This document shows, piece after piece, positions 11,626 through 25,500 of a stretch of 64,000 bases of DNA (within the stretch, counting starts at the first letter, position 1; each line of letters opens with the position of its first letter). The notes beneath the pieces were generated by a model. The model was not told where the DNA came from. It searched no databases and saw nothing but the letters and a program-made list of their open reading frames with translations. The position numbers and the translations under genes are program-made. Source of the DNA: Sphyrna mokarran (taxonomy: Eukaryota). The stretch lies in NCBI GenBank assembly GCA_024679065.1, contig JAGIQG010000009.1, positions 96,844,001-96,908,000 on the forward strand, read 5' to 3'.

Positions 11626-14308
11626 AAATGTTTTGGGTCATTTCGATTCATTTGGGGACAATATAAATATCAGAAAGTTATTCACATAATAACCTTCCTG
11701 CCAACTAACACCACAAAAACTGTTTCACAGTAACCCTATTGTTCTACATATGGTAGACCTTAATTGCCCCACCACTGACAATCTTCACTGGGAGGCTACT
11801 CACTGGCACAATGTTTAACACTGCTGCCTCACAGCGCCAGGCACCTGAGTTCGATTCCCAATTCTGGTCACGGTCTGTGCAGAGTTTGCACAATGTCTGC
11901 AAGGGTTTCCTCCAGGTGCTCCAGTTACCTCCCACAGTCCAAAACTGTGCGGGTTGGGCCGATTGGACATTCTAAATTGACCTTCAATGTCGGGAGACAA
12001 GCTAGGTTAAATGCATCGGTTATGGGGATAAGGCTTGGGTGGAATTGTGGTCGTTGCAGACTCGATGGGCCGACTGGACTCCTTCTGCACTGTAGGTATT
12101 CTGTGATTCTATGTTCCATCTCTGGGCCTGGGCAATTTTTGACGACAAGCGCTTCAACAGATAAGTGTTCTCTAATTCCGCTCTAATTGTCAATTAGATG
12201 GGAGGTTGCGGCCCAATAGTTTATTCTGGCTCAGATATTACACTATTTTGATTGTCACATAATTACTTTGGTTCTGAACCTCTCTCCCTGACAGTTAGCA
12301 TGGAAAGATTTTGAATGAAAAATTACCACATTACAAGCGATGCCCACATCCCGTCAATGAATAAAAAACTCACCTACTTAAAGACCAATTTCTGGTAAAT
12401 CTGCTATTATCTTAAAGATCGCATCGATTAAGAATCAAATATTTATGTTTAATCTGCTCCTGACAGAATTGACGTTAATAATCGTCATTTTTACAGTAAT
12501 CTGGACTAGTCCATAAATCTACATTTCTCTAGCACATATGATTTGACATCCAACTGGTGAGATATGTGACAGGATTTTCTAATTTGCATAGTTCGGTCAT
12601 ATTAACAGATCAAACAAAATGCCATTCTTCACAGGGATTAGGTGTTAATTTGTCTCAATGTTCTGAATTCGGTTCTAATATTAAGGTTACAGATTGTCAG
12701 TCTGCCAGACGTTGACCATATTGAAGCTTCCCTTATTTCAGATGTGATCCATATGGTTCCAAACCAAGGACGGTATTCCAATCCGATTGCAGTAATTTGA
12801 GCATTAATGTCAGGTTAACATTTTCAGGTCAGTACTTAGGGAGTGCTAAACTGTTTTCATCTATCAAATGGTATTATAATGTGTGATCCTTGTACACTTT
12901 CAGGTGAAGATAAAATATCCCTTGCTTCTTGAAAGCAAAATTATGCAGATGCTGGAACTGAAACAAAAAAAAGCAGAAAATGCTGGAAAATCTCAGCAGG
13001 TCTGACAGCATCTGTGGGGGGAAATAGAACCAATGTTTCAAGACACGATGACCCTTCATCAGGGCTGTGATCAAAGGGTCCTCTGATCTGCTGAGATTTT
13101 CCAACATTTTCTATTACTTCTCTACAGGTAAAAGCCAAATATTGCTGGTATTTGTGAGAATACAGACTAGTAATGCATCAATTTGAATCTGAATTTGAGA
13201 GCTTCAAGCAGAGAAAGATAGATTTCTTTGTGTGTTGCTGAATATTGGAAAACCTTATTAGCTTTATTTTATTGTTTGCATTAACTTTATATAGATGAAG
13301 CGATATCATTGATTAAGGAAAATATGTTGATGTCAAGCTTAGTTGACGGTACCTCTCATTTCTTTTGTGGACGAAAATTCCATACCTTTGAAACACAGAA
13401 TGAACAGTTGATTTCTACACCTACTGATTGTGTAGTGCAGAGCTGAATAACCTGGCTTTGCTTTTCAGGTCATGTCCCCCTAACCTGGACAGCCAATCAG
13501 TGCAATAGGTCCCTCTCTATAAATCTTACTAATTGCTTTGGAAAACCTTAGAACTTCGTTCAAATCACTTCCCAATATTGCCCATTCAAGAGAACAGGAG
13601 GTTCGTGTATTTAGCCCCACCGCACAATGGTGCTATGTAGTCTCTACGACACAATCAGTTAGCATGTTCAGCATGTTCAACCAAAAGGATAGTGGTTCAA
13701 TTCCACCCAGAGATGAAAAGTGATCATTTTTGGAGTGGCACAGTGGTTAGCACTGCTGCCTCGCAACGCCAGGGACCCAGGTTTGATTCCCATCTTGGGT
13801 GGCTATCTGTGTGGAGTTTACACATTCTCCCCGTGTCTGCGTGGGTTTCCTCTAAGTGTTCCAGTTTCTTTCCACGGTCTATAGATGCGCAGTTTAGGTT
13901 GATTGACCATGCTAATTGCTCCCTCAGTGTACCCAAACAGGGGCCAGAGTGTGGTGGCTAGGGGATTTTCACAGTAACTTCATTGCAGTTTTAATGTAAC
14001 CTACTTCTGGCAATAATAAATAATGTTTAAACTTAAACAATTTAACCCTTGAAACCTGATTCTGCAATACATGTTTCCGACATCAATATATGATTTTGAT
14101 TGTGTAGCGCAGAGCTGTACACATTACACAGACATGGTCTAAGCAGAGACTTCCATAGCTACAGAAATTTTTCTCCCTTTATTTCGAGTGTATACCATTA
14201 ACCTTACTGCCTGTCTTGAACAACTCCCAAAAATGGTCATCAACAAGGTCACAACTTGGCTTTCAATCCTACAATTTTTTAATTTTAGCGTACTGACATG
14301 CATGTGGC

Positions 14309-14955
14309 TGTGATATTAGTGCACCTTTGAGAGGTTTTTCTAATCATGATCACGGCCTTGTGTGCTGCCATTGCTGGAAGCAGGAGTAAAACTGTGGGCA
14401 AGTCAGGTGACGAAGATTTCCAGCTTTCAGTCTCATTTTGGTCGTTGCGTTAGAGGCAGTCATGCAAGCCAGCTGGAAACGAAGTCTCTTTTATCTCTGT
14501 TTTGCTTTGAAATTTTTACCAGTTAGCTGAAAGAAAGTAAAGAATCCGTGCTTTGATGTTTCGGGGAGCTAATCTGACAACAAACTGCCCCGAGTTTTCA
14601 AAACCATTTCAAATTCAATCCAGGGAACTGGATTCCAGTATCATGTGAGCTTTATCCTGTGTGGTGATTAATGTATTAAAGGGTTTTGTTTATTGGGTAT
14701 TGGTTTTGATTGAACATCTGATATATATTGGTTAAGGGTTATACATTATTGTGACTGTTTTCACTTGTAATTGATGAAAGTAATTGCTATTTTTCATTCC
14801 ATATATGTTAACTGCAGTCTTAAATAAAATTTGTTTGATAAAAGCTCCCTAGTGGGTCTTTGAATCACACCTGAAGTGGAACATATCATGCTTATCCTAG
14901 CCAGATTTAAGATGCTTCATAAAACACTTTGGAGTTTCTAACCTGAACCATAACG
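14309..14955 (+). mobile_element. Solo LTR (647 bp) with 5-bp target-site duplication
   Basis: Starts TGTGATA and ends CATAACG (degenerate TG...CA inverted termini), flanked on both sides by GTGGC (14304-14308 and 14956-14960). Internal AATAAA at ~14823. Confidence 0.7.
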
Positions 14956-15649
14956 GTGGCTTTTACAGAATTCGATCTTAATATCCGAATATAACTCACT
15001 AATAGCTGTTTCTCCGTCTACACCTTTAGTTACTTCCACAACAAGGACATGACCTATCCCTTACAAATCCATGGTGGCACTCCATAAATAATTTAAACTT
15101 CATAAGTGTGCAGCCATTCTATCCTCAAATCAAGTTCCCAACAACTGCCCCACCACAACTTCATTTCTTACTGGGATCATCAAAAACATCAGTCGTTTGT
15201 ACCAGACAGTCTTCATTACAGTGGAACGTCAGTGTTACTTCTGATCTGTTGGTGATTTGCATTGTTCGATGTAATAGACATCTTGTCCACAGTATAAAGT
15301 ATGGCTCAATCAATAACGTCTGGAACATAATAGCGTTCTGTCTGGGCTAATACGAATTGTTGCGTAGTTTGTGATTAAGGTGATATTTTCCAGTAAGAAC
15401 ATTGCTCATTCTGTATTTTATTAACTGTAATCAGTATTGAAATCTCTAACAACCTGGTATTTACACGTGCCATGTTCGTAAAGAAACAATGCACATTGAC
15501 AGCGGTATCTTTGTATTCAATCCGAAATAGATTTGATGGATTAACTGATTGGTCCGAGTCATGCTAAATAGTGCAATTCTTGCTGTCCACATTGGTGGCG
15601 CTGTTCACGTTTCTGGTTGCAATTCTTTTCAACCGCAAGTCCCACAATT

Positions 15650-15846
15650 CTATGATGTTTTCTTCTTCACTGATGCATACTGGTCAAGTACATTTTTAGT
15701 CTGCTTGCTCTATAGTAATAAAGCACATGAAACAGTCAATATACAAGTAAATGGAGGAAAACATGTATGAAGGAGAAGATGGGTGAGAATGGAGAAAGAC
15801 GTTGGGCAATATACTAACCAAATATTGGTAAGAATTTGTATAAGAG
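15650..15846 (-). CDS. Candidate distal cytoplasmic exons of NCR3-like 2 (28 nt 15846-15819 + terminal 15709-15650): xSYTNSYQYL SKQTKNVLDQYASVKKKTS*
   Basis: ttttaag|..|gttagt, then a 109-nt intron, then tactatag|AGCAAG..TAG. AATAAA on the minus strand at 15417-15422. The upstream splice partner is not resolved. Confidence 0.55.
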
Positions 15847-16374
15847 CTTAAAAGTTAAATAAAGGAACGGGTTTGCCCGTTGATGAAATTTGAATCTTAT
15901 GTATAATAAATGCTTGTTACATAGAAAAATCTCCAACATTTTCATTGGCGTGCAAAAACTGAATGGGCTTCCATTAACTTCGAATGCTTTCTTCTTTATG
16001 GTATATTTCGCTTAAAGGAGCTGAAAAGCCCTGGAGAAACAAGATTTCCTGGCAGATTTCATAGAATGTAGGTGTCACTTGCATGGCCTCACTCTGTTTC
16101 CAAAGCATTATTACCCTTCCTATCTGAGTGGATTGCTACTTTGAGAGAGTAGTCAGTCAACCATAGAGAGAGTAGACTGTCAACCATATTGCCGTGGGGT
16201 CTGGAGTCGCATATATGCCAGATCTCATAAGGACAACCGTTTTCTTCACCAAACAGCGTTAAGTGAAGCAAATGTTTTTGTTACAATCCATTGCAGTTTC
16301 ATAGTTACCATTACCGAGAATAGCTTTGAATTCCAGATTTATTAACTCAATGCAAATTTCACCAATTTGAGGGA

Positions 16375-16730
16375 GACAGTGGCGAGGATGCATTGTCGCT
16401 GGAATAGTAATTGAGAGACCCAATGCAAGAGATTCTTGAAACCTGGGTTTGAATGCCATCATGGCATTTTATGAAATTTGAATTCAATAAAAATCTGGAG
16501 TGAAAAGTCTAATGATGACTATGATGCCATTGTTAATTATTGTAAAAATTCTTCTGGCTCACTAATGTCCTTTAGGGAAGGAAATCTGTCGCCTTCACCT
16601 GGTCTGGCCTATCTATCTGTGACTCCAGATCCATATCCATAGCAGTGTCGTTGATTCTTAAATACCCTCAGGGATGGGCAATAAATGCTGGACCAGCCAA
16701 TGATACCCACATTCCATGAAGTTTTTTTTT
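16375..16730 (+). mobile_element. Second tRNA-derived SINE family sharing a GGCAATAAATGCTGG tail with the L2/CR1-group LINE; other copies ~16075-16370(-), ~28665-29010, ~32825-33100, ~37785-38120
   Basis: Repeated GAATTTGAATTCAATAAAAATCTGG...GGAAGGAAATCTG..CTTACC.GGTCTGGCC core. Confidence 0.7.
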
Positions 16731-17149
16731 AAAATCCCCATGCTGTTATTTGAAACAGTTGCCCCCAAAAGATTTGGCTGGATCTCTGGATTACTGGACG
16801 AGTCGCGTTAATATTACACCATAGACCCATTCCTCCTCCAAAAAATTGTGGTTAATCAAAGAAATCAGCACTGATTTCTTAAAGAAAAATTATGCTTGAT
16901 TAATTGATTGAATTGTTTGATGAACGGACAGAAAGGATTGATGAGCATAGCGTGGCGAATGTTGTGTGTATGAGCTTACCCATAGCCTTTGGCAGTATGT
17001 CTGTTGCAAATTCTAAACTCTAAATTCTAAACATTAGCAAGACGATGGGCGTGTGGATCCAGCATTGGCTTAGTGAGAGATAGGAGGGAGCAGTCTGCAC
17101 ATAATAAGTAGGAACTGCTACCCCTGGTGGATGGATCGAGAATACATCT

Positions 17150-17457
17150 ACCAAATAGCCTTTTTCCTCGGATGGAGAAAGCTAGCACGAGGGGACATAG
17201 CTTTAAATTAAGGGGTGGTGGTTTTAGGACAGATGTCAGAGGTAGGTTCTTTACCCAGAGGGTGGTAAGGGTATGGAATGCCTTGCCTGCGTCAGTTGTA
17301 GATGCGCCAAGTTTGGTGGCGTTTAAGAGGTTAGTAGATAAGTTTATGGATGAAAGGGGAATGGTTTAGGTTAGAGGATCACTGCTTATTCCTAATTGGT
17401 CGGCGCAACATCGAAGGCCGAAGGGCCTGTTCTGCGCTGTAATGTTCTATGTTCTAA
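17150..17457 (+). mobile_element. Short 3' fragment of a related CR1
   Basis: SLFPRMEKASTRGHSFKLRG... and the same GTTCTAT tail. Confidence 0.9.
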
Positions 17458-19547
17458 ATCTTCACGAAATCTTGGCAAGCAAAATAACCCCACCTTCCCC
17501 AACTTTACTTTGCAACTGATGTTTGCATACTTGGAAACATTCATGTGTCTACTATGCGATCTCGGCAACCTTCACATCCATCCTAAATTGAGGCGCCCAA
17601 AACCATAGGAGTTGAGGCCAGAGTACAGTTTATATAGGTTTATTGTCGCTTCTCGCTTTTACTTTCAATATTCCAGTTTCTAAAGACCAGTGATTCGTCA
17701 ATTATCGTTTTATAATGACCGAGACTAAGATCAAATTAAGATGCAGATTTATTTTTAATTAGGTGAATTTAAATGCCAGTAATGCGGTGGAGCATTAGCC
17801 TGGGCGCATTGCTAGCCCGGTAACATTGCCACTAGCACCTCCCGACACCCACACCAATTATACATAGACGTTCAGAGAATTATAAAATGATTCCGGAGAT
17901 ATGAGTAATCCCTAAGAGATAAGAGATTGATATTTTGAATAAGAATGCGGTCTGCCCTCTGATGCTGAATGCCTGTAATTCTTTGCAGAAGCCTCTCTAC
18001 TTTGCCTCGTTTAGCCTTCTTTAAGACATTTCTAGAAATCTATGTCTTTGATCCACCTTATGTTCGCCTATCCTGGCCTCCAGTTCTGCGACTCGAATTC
18101 TATTTCGTATTGCTGTTATGAAGTATATTGAGACGTTTTACCAATATTTGCACTACACAAGTGCCAGGCAAAGGCTATGATGCACTTAAATACCTGATAT
18201 TAAAATTCAACAGCGTTACAACATCTGAATTCCAAACATCCAACCTCAAGGGGTCACCATTGACCAGAACCTGAACTGGGCCAGTCATCTCAGTGCTGTG
18301 GTTGGAAGATCAGATCGGAGGCTGGGATTCTGGGCGAGTAACCCACCGCCTATGTCCCCAGCTCTGTCCCCTACCTACAAGACACCAATTAGAACTGTGA
18401 TTATAGATTCGTAATTCTCCTAAAGTATAGAACAGGCCATTCGGCCCATTGAACCAATTCCCAGGTCCTCTCCCCGTCCTATCCTCATAAGCCGACACAT
18501 TTCCTATGGTTAATCCACCTAGTCTAAACGTCCTGGGATACTAAGAGACAATATTCATGGACAATCCACCTGCACATCTTTGGATTGTAGGAGGAAACCG
18601 GAGCATCCAAAGGGTCCGAAGGAATCCTACGCAGGCACGGAGGGAATTTACAAACTCCACACAGTTAGCCAAGGCTGGAATTGAACCCGAGTTCCTGGAG
18701 CGGAGGCAGCAGTGCTAACTATTACAACAACCATTGTCCAGGGAGAGGGCACTTTCAGCACTCAATTAAATTGACACCGTCCAGAACAAAGCCACTAGCT
18801 TGATTGGCATCCCCACCACTAACCTTTACATTCGCTTCCTTTAACACCACTACAAAATGTCATAGCATGTGTCATCGACAACATGAAATCATCAAAGCTT
18901 CTTCGTCAGCTCATTCCAAACCTGCGATCAGTAACACCGACAAGAGCATGGACAGCCGACATAGGGGAACGACCCAATCAGTACGTTCTCCTCAAAACCC
19001 TACACAATCCTTCCAACTATATCTGACACTCACTTAGAATCCTGGAAACCCCCGTTTTAACAGTACAGTGGGATTCCGACACCACACGACCTTAGCTGGT
19101 TCCCGATGGTAACTGCCGACACCTTGTCACGGGCAATTTGGAAGGAGCAATGCTCTCCGGCCATGTCAGATACGGCACCAATTCATGAAATAATACACGT
19201 GAAACAAATGCGCTATTTAAATGCACGTCATTGTTGCCACTATTGTGATATGAAATTATCTCCCAATAAGACTGGGTTTACATAATGGATTTCCGCCACT
19301 GGTTAAAGGATTAACGGGGTTTATTTTGTGAAACTTCTGGCGGTTTTTACTCTGAAGCACTTGATTCGCATGTGGGGTTGCGCTTAAATCGTAATATCGA
19401 GACAGGGAATATATTTTTCGCCTCGATTTCATTAACTGTAAGTGTACGTACCACACCGTTTAAATCGGTCTCAATCACCGCACCGACGAGGTCTATCACG
19501 TCTAAAAACAAAGGGATACAATTCTAAAACGAGCAAAAGGTAGGTTG

Positions 19548-19597
19548 CTATAAATGCACATGATAGTTCTGGTAAACAGGCATCGATGATAAGCACC
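19548..19597 (-). CDS. NCR3: NCR3-like 2 proximal terminal exon ([16 protein letters not shown])
   Basis: Acceptor gacctacag, phase 1, TAG at 19550-19548. AATAAA on the minus strand at 19320-19325. Confidence 0.6.
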
Positions 19598-22500
19598 CTG
19601 TAGGTCAAACAATTACATAACTTTAACAGGCAGTTTGTAACATTCGCTGCGTACAATGTCTAATAGTACACCATATAGTTTGGTTGCAGCGTATACCTTA
19701 TCGATAAGACAAAAAAAAGTGCATTTTATATTTCATAACAACATTTGACAGTACAATAATAAAATACACTTTAATATGAAGAACCTTTATTTTTCCCTCA
19801 TTACTATAGGGATAGGTGTTGGCTATGCGTTTAATGCGTTTTAATAGATTGTGGCAAAACCCTTATCTGCTTCACGCACGTCCTTCAGGGAAATCTGCCA
19901 TCCTTCTCTTGTCTGACAGCCTCAGAAACCTTCCAGCCTTTCAGCAATGTTTTTACTTTAATTATTTCGTGGGGCATCGCTGATAATGTCAACATTTGTT
20001 GCCCCCTATTAATTGCCCTGAATTGCCATTTCAGTGGGCAGTTAAGAGTCGAGCACTTTACTATGGCTCTGGAATCACACGTAGGCCAGATCAGATAAGG
20101 ACGGCAGATTTCTTTCCCTGTAGGACATCGGTGAGCCAGTTGGGGTTTTCCAGCGGCTATAGTTGCAAGATCGCCTCCAGATTGACTTTTCACACGCGGT
20201 TAATCCGTGACTTTTTTTCTAAAGTGGTACAGCAAACATCTCAATTGTTTGAAAGGCAATCCATATGGGCAATAAATATTGGCCTTGTCAGTGATGCCAG
20301 TATGGAATCATAGAATCACAGAATCCCCTACAGTGCAGAAAGGAGCTATTCAGCCCATCGAGTCTGCACCGACCATAATATCCACCCAGACCCTATTCCC
20401 ATAACCGCATGTAATTACCCTAACTAGTCTCCCTGGCACTAAGGGGCAACTTAGCATTGCCAAACCACCTAACCCGCATATCTTTGGAGTGTAGGAGAAA
20501 AAAGGAGAATGTCATTTTTTAAAGCACTAACCAGACTACAAGAAATTCGAAAGGCGAATATGGCCAATACTATCTGCCAAGGGTAAAACGAAAAATCCTT
20601 ACCGAGCTGGTCAATTTCGGAGTAGAACTCACTGAACAACAAAGGAAAGAGATTAGAGTGAGATTGGTTCGAAACATGTGGGACACCTCCGCTGAACACG
20701 AAGGTAAAAAGTGATATCTTGGTATATTTCTACTCACCATTGAGGAGGCGGGGGTAAGTCTGTGAAGATACAAACAATAAATAAAGAGACCATAAGTATG
20801 TAACAAAATTGCATTTAGCCATGTCTGAGTTTGAACATTAGCTATAATCAATGATAAGTATTCATCGGGAGGGCACTGAGAATTAGAGAAGGTCTTGTCT
20901 GCAGCTATTACATTGTCCCTTCATTATAGCAACAGCTTCTATACCACTGCAGGCAACGCACTGAATCTATCTTGTATCCACATCTGAAGGTGCAATGTTT
21001 TACTTTCAATCCAGGATAGAATGAGCGGAAGGTGGTGCTCAGCACAACAGAGCTCCATTCAACTGAACACGTGTAGTTGATCCGACAAATCAAAACAATA
21101 AAATAATCCTATGTTGCAGTGATTCTGGTGGAACTGTAGCGTTGTTGAAGTATAGATAACATGATTCTCCTACTAGCCGTCATTCCAATTCAATAGTAAT
21201 CTCAGTCAGAGATTTGATTAAGGGTCATCCCGACTCCAAACATTTGTTCTATTCACTCCCCAGAGATGCTGCCAGATCTGTTGAGCATCTTCGGTGCTTT
21301 GCTTTCATATTATTGTAGGAATCTAAGTGTCCTTGTTGCCAATACCATCGATAATTTTAACGTGCAGCTTGGAAAACCACGCGAGCGGATGGAGCGCCAG
21401 TTCTTTGCTAAGCGCAATCATAATTTCCGTTGAGTTCTAGAGAGAATAAAATCGCGCAAAACAAGCGGTGTTTCCTCAAGGGCGGAGCAGGTGAGTCCCA
21501 GTATGGGAACAGTGGGTTGGGGTGGCATACCGGGACGAGGAGGTGGCGGACAATGCATTAGCAAACAGGCAATTACACAAGCTACTCTCGAGGTACTTAG
21601 CCAGTTCTATGTTCTATGTTCTATAAACCACAATTCTTACGGAACGTTAGCCTTTGGAAAAATTGCATAAATCTTGAAACTCACCATCCAGGTTGGTTTC
21701 GTCATACACTGCCTCATCCCTTGGTGATAAAAAAAGAGATCAATGTCACTATATTTTTACTCAACTATAGATTAATGCTTAAAAAAAGTGACAAACGAAA
21801 TCAAATCTGAGATTCACCAACCATTCCGAAGGCGGGTCAAATTCTGCAAGAATAATGAATAATGATGAAAAGTTAATATAATCCATCTAAAGATACTTTG
21901 AATAAAAGAAATTGTTGCCATGGCGGGTGGGGTCATGATTATAGAACTTAGATTTACATTGATAAAAATACCCGGGGGAAATTTATATTTTTCAATGAAG
22001 GGGTTAGTTATGCGCTATAGGAAATCGTGTTGCAAATAAATTATCGCTCAGATAGTTGGATTAATATTCAGTTCAGAAGAATGAGATGTGATCTTATTGC
22101 AACACCTGAGATCCTGAGAAGACTTGGAGGTTGGATACTGGAAGGATGTTTCTCCCTTGTGGCAAATCTAGAACTAGGGGATATAGTTTACGAACAAGAG
22201 GTCTCTTATCTAAGGCTTAGATTAGGGTCATTTTTGTTCTCTCAGGCAGTCGTTAGTCTGTGAAATTCTCTTCCGCAATGGAGGCTGAGTCATTGAGCTA
22301 AGCTACGGCTGAGTTGAATAGTTATTTAATAAACAAGAGTTGGGGGAGGTACGTGCTGGAAAAGACATTGCAAAGTAATGCTGACACACAACCAGATTAG
22401 CTTCGATCTTACTGAATGGCGGAGCAGGCTACAAGAGCTGATTGGCCCCCTCCTGATCCCAACTCTTCCATTCCTGAAATTAACTCCGATTTCCAGGCAC

Positions 22501-25500
22501 ACATGTTGTTACGTTTGATCAATGGATGATCATTTTGGACTGCAATTCAGACTGATTTTACTTTTCACCTTCTCAAAATAGACTGACATTATCTTATATT
22601 TATATTCGGTGGCAGGGTGGCACAATGGTTCGCACTGCTGCCTCACAGCGCCAGGGACCAGGAGTCAGTTTTGGCCTCAGGTCACTGTGTTTGCACGTAC
22701 TCTCCATGTCTGCCTGGGTTTCCTCTGAGTGGTCTGGTTTGCTCCCAAACTCCAAAGCTGTGTGGGTTTGACTGATTGGCTAAGCTAAATTACAACTTAT
22801 TGTCAGGAAAATTAGTAGGATAAATGTGTGGGGCTACAAGCATAAGGCCTGGTTGGGATTGTCATCAATACAGATGCAATACGCCAAGTGGCCTCATTCT
22901 TCACTGTTGAGATTCTATGATTCATTATACAATGTCTCACCAGATGCTTGGATTGGCGGGTACAGAGGAGCAGTGCCAGGCAATACAACAGGACATAGAT
23001 AGGTTGGTAGACTGGGCAGATATATGGCAAATGGAATTTAATCCGGATAAATGCGAGGTGATGCATTTTGGCCGGAAAAATGTAGAAGAAAGTTATAGGA
23101 TAAAAGGTAAAATTATTCGAAGTATAGAGGCGCAGAGAGACTTGAGGGTGCAGGTTCGCAAGTCTCTGAAGGTGTCTTCACAGGTGATTAAGGTGATAAA
23201 GAAAGCGTATAGTATGTTAGCTTTCATTGAAAAGGGTATCGAATACAAGAGTAGGAGTTTGATGTTGCAATTGTATAGAACGTTGGTTAGGCCTCATTTG
23301 GAATACTGCGTCCAGTTCTGGTCGCCGTACTATCGGAAGGATGTGGAGTCCTTGGAGAGAGTGCAGAGGAGGTTTACCAGGATGCTGCCTGGTATGGAAG
23401 GACTGTCTTATGAGGAACGATTAAATAGACTGGGGTTGTTTTCCCTTGAAAGACGTCGGCTTAGAGGGGATCTAATAGAGGTGTATAAGATTATAAGGGG
23501 TATAGATAGAGTGAATGGTGGTAAACTTTTTCCACCTTCAGAAATGGATAGGACGAGGGGTCACGGCCTTAGGGTGAGGGGGGCTATGTATAAGACGAAT
23601 ATTAGAGGGCAGTTTTTCACACAAAGGGTAGTGGGGGTGTGGAATGCACTGCCGAGTAAGGTGGTGGGAGCAGGCACGCTAGGGCTGTTTAAGGGTCTCT
23701 TGGACAGCCACATGAGCGTTATGCAGATAGAGGGATATAGTAGGACTGTTTAACTATGGCTTTTTTTTCCACAGGTAATTCGGTCCATACTTGACCATCA
23801 AGGAGCATGCATTCGGCAGGTGGTGCGAGGACAGCTCTTGGATGTTGATTCATGGGTTGCCTGGTGCTTCATGTCGTAAATGAGTGCTTTATCTGGACCA
23901 TCTGAAGGGCACCATGACAGCTCAGTGACTATCGCTGTAGCTGTGCAGACACTTGGAATTGGGCCGGTGTCTGCGGGAGTTTGTGCGTTCTCCCCGTGGT
24001 TGCGTGGGTTTTCTCCGGGCGCTCCGGTTTCCTCCCACATCCCAAAAATTCGCTCTTAGGCTGATTGGGAAACAAATTGTCCCTACAGTGAGACTCTTCC
24101 ATATTAGGAATAACCTAAAATTAGGATAGGATAATGGAATTGTTACTATATAGTTATGACGGCGGCGCGGGCTCGTTGGGCCGAAGGGCCTGTTTCCCGT
24201 GCTGTGTTGCTCCAAAAAAAATAAAAGAAACTTGTTTGGCATATGTCACGGATCACTCATGGCATTGCACTGATGCAAAAGACAGTATAGCGCATGTACT
24301 CCTAGTCCTGCTGAGAAGAAGGTTCAGTACTATGAATGTGCTTTATTTACCAGGTAGGTTAATTTCATCATAGTTGGAGACATCACTATCCACACAGGGT
24401 CTGCCAAAGATAAAACAAAATTGCATATATATAAAACAAAAGTGCAGAACTATTTTTTTTAAAGTCTCATTACTGCCATAACCACAAACTAACCTTTGTA
24501 CGTCCGTGTCTAATTCTGTGGGAAAAAAAGTCAAAAACTAAGATTTATCATTTAATGCAAACATGCCAAGCACTTTTGATATTGTGAAGAGATGTTACAA
24601 TCACATGAACCTTCTAAATGCAATAATAGTTAGAAAATATAATGAACTATTTTCCTAATGAGAAATATCATTCTGAATGCCTGAATGATGATTCAGTAAT
24701 CGGACTGTTAAAGAGATTGACTCACTATTACATACTCACCATGCAAATTGACAACATCGCAAGGCGCAAAATTGCTTTAGATTCAATGGAAAACAATAAT
24801 GTCACTAAATTGAACATTGGAAAGCATATCATTTTTTTTAATAAAGAAAATATGAGATTTGTCTTCAATGTTCACTGACCGTTGTAATGCTGAAGGATCC
24901 GGTGCTGTTGAAATCAAAGGCAAAAGAGAACAGCTATCATTAACTTTCCTTCTTACAGCCTTCCAAGCACAATCCACCTAAAACGGGATATTAGTTTCAA
25001 CTAAGCTTTACCACTACCGTTTATTTAATCAATTATAGAATCATAGAATCCCTACAGTGCAGAAGAAGACCGTTCAACCCTTCTACCATCCTATCCCTGT
25101 AACCCCACATATTTATCCTGCAATCCCCCTAACCGAGGGGCAATTTAGCATTGCCAGTCAACCTAACCGGCACATGTTTGGAGTGTGGCGGGGGAAATCA
25201 GAACACACAGAGGAAACCAATGCAGACACGGGGAGGATGTGCAAACTCCACACAGACAGTGACCCAAGTTAGGAATAGAATCTGGATCACTGGCATTGTG
25301 AGACAGCAGTGCTAACCACTGTGCCACCACACCACCCCCAACTGATTCAATTTCTTTTTATGTCCGTTTGCTGAATATTAAAACATGTAGTGTAGAATTT
25401 AATGTATCTCACTCAACAAAGTCAGGAAATAGTGCATTGCAGATCACAAAATATAAATATTACAATCTAAAAGTTAATGTTTAAAACAGATAAGGAGGAA

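Noticed and set aside
12368-12480. Strong minus-strand donor AG|GTGAGT at ~12373
   Set aside because: Abuts a SINE tail and has no open frame or clear acceptor.
17864-17911. Possible extra cytoplasmic exon GLLISPESFYNSLNVY (ITIM-like SFYNSL) with a good acceptor
   Set aside because: Only weak donors, and it needs two further weak splice events to connect. Left out of the model, but worth checking in cDNA.
20738-20822. [28 protein letters not shown] as a signal-peptide exon of another gene
   Set aside because: The hydrophobic part is the polypyrimidine tract of the 22-nt microexon that fits the pair pattern. No third V exon was found, and paralog 1 has its own leader.
20912-20946. 35-nt phase 2-1 exon candidate ([11 protein letters not shown])
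   Set aside because: Weak donor, no tyrosine motif and no short partner exon ~100 nt upstream.
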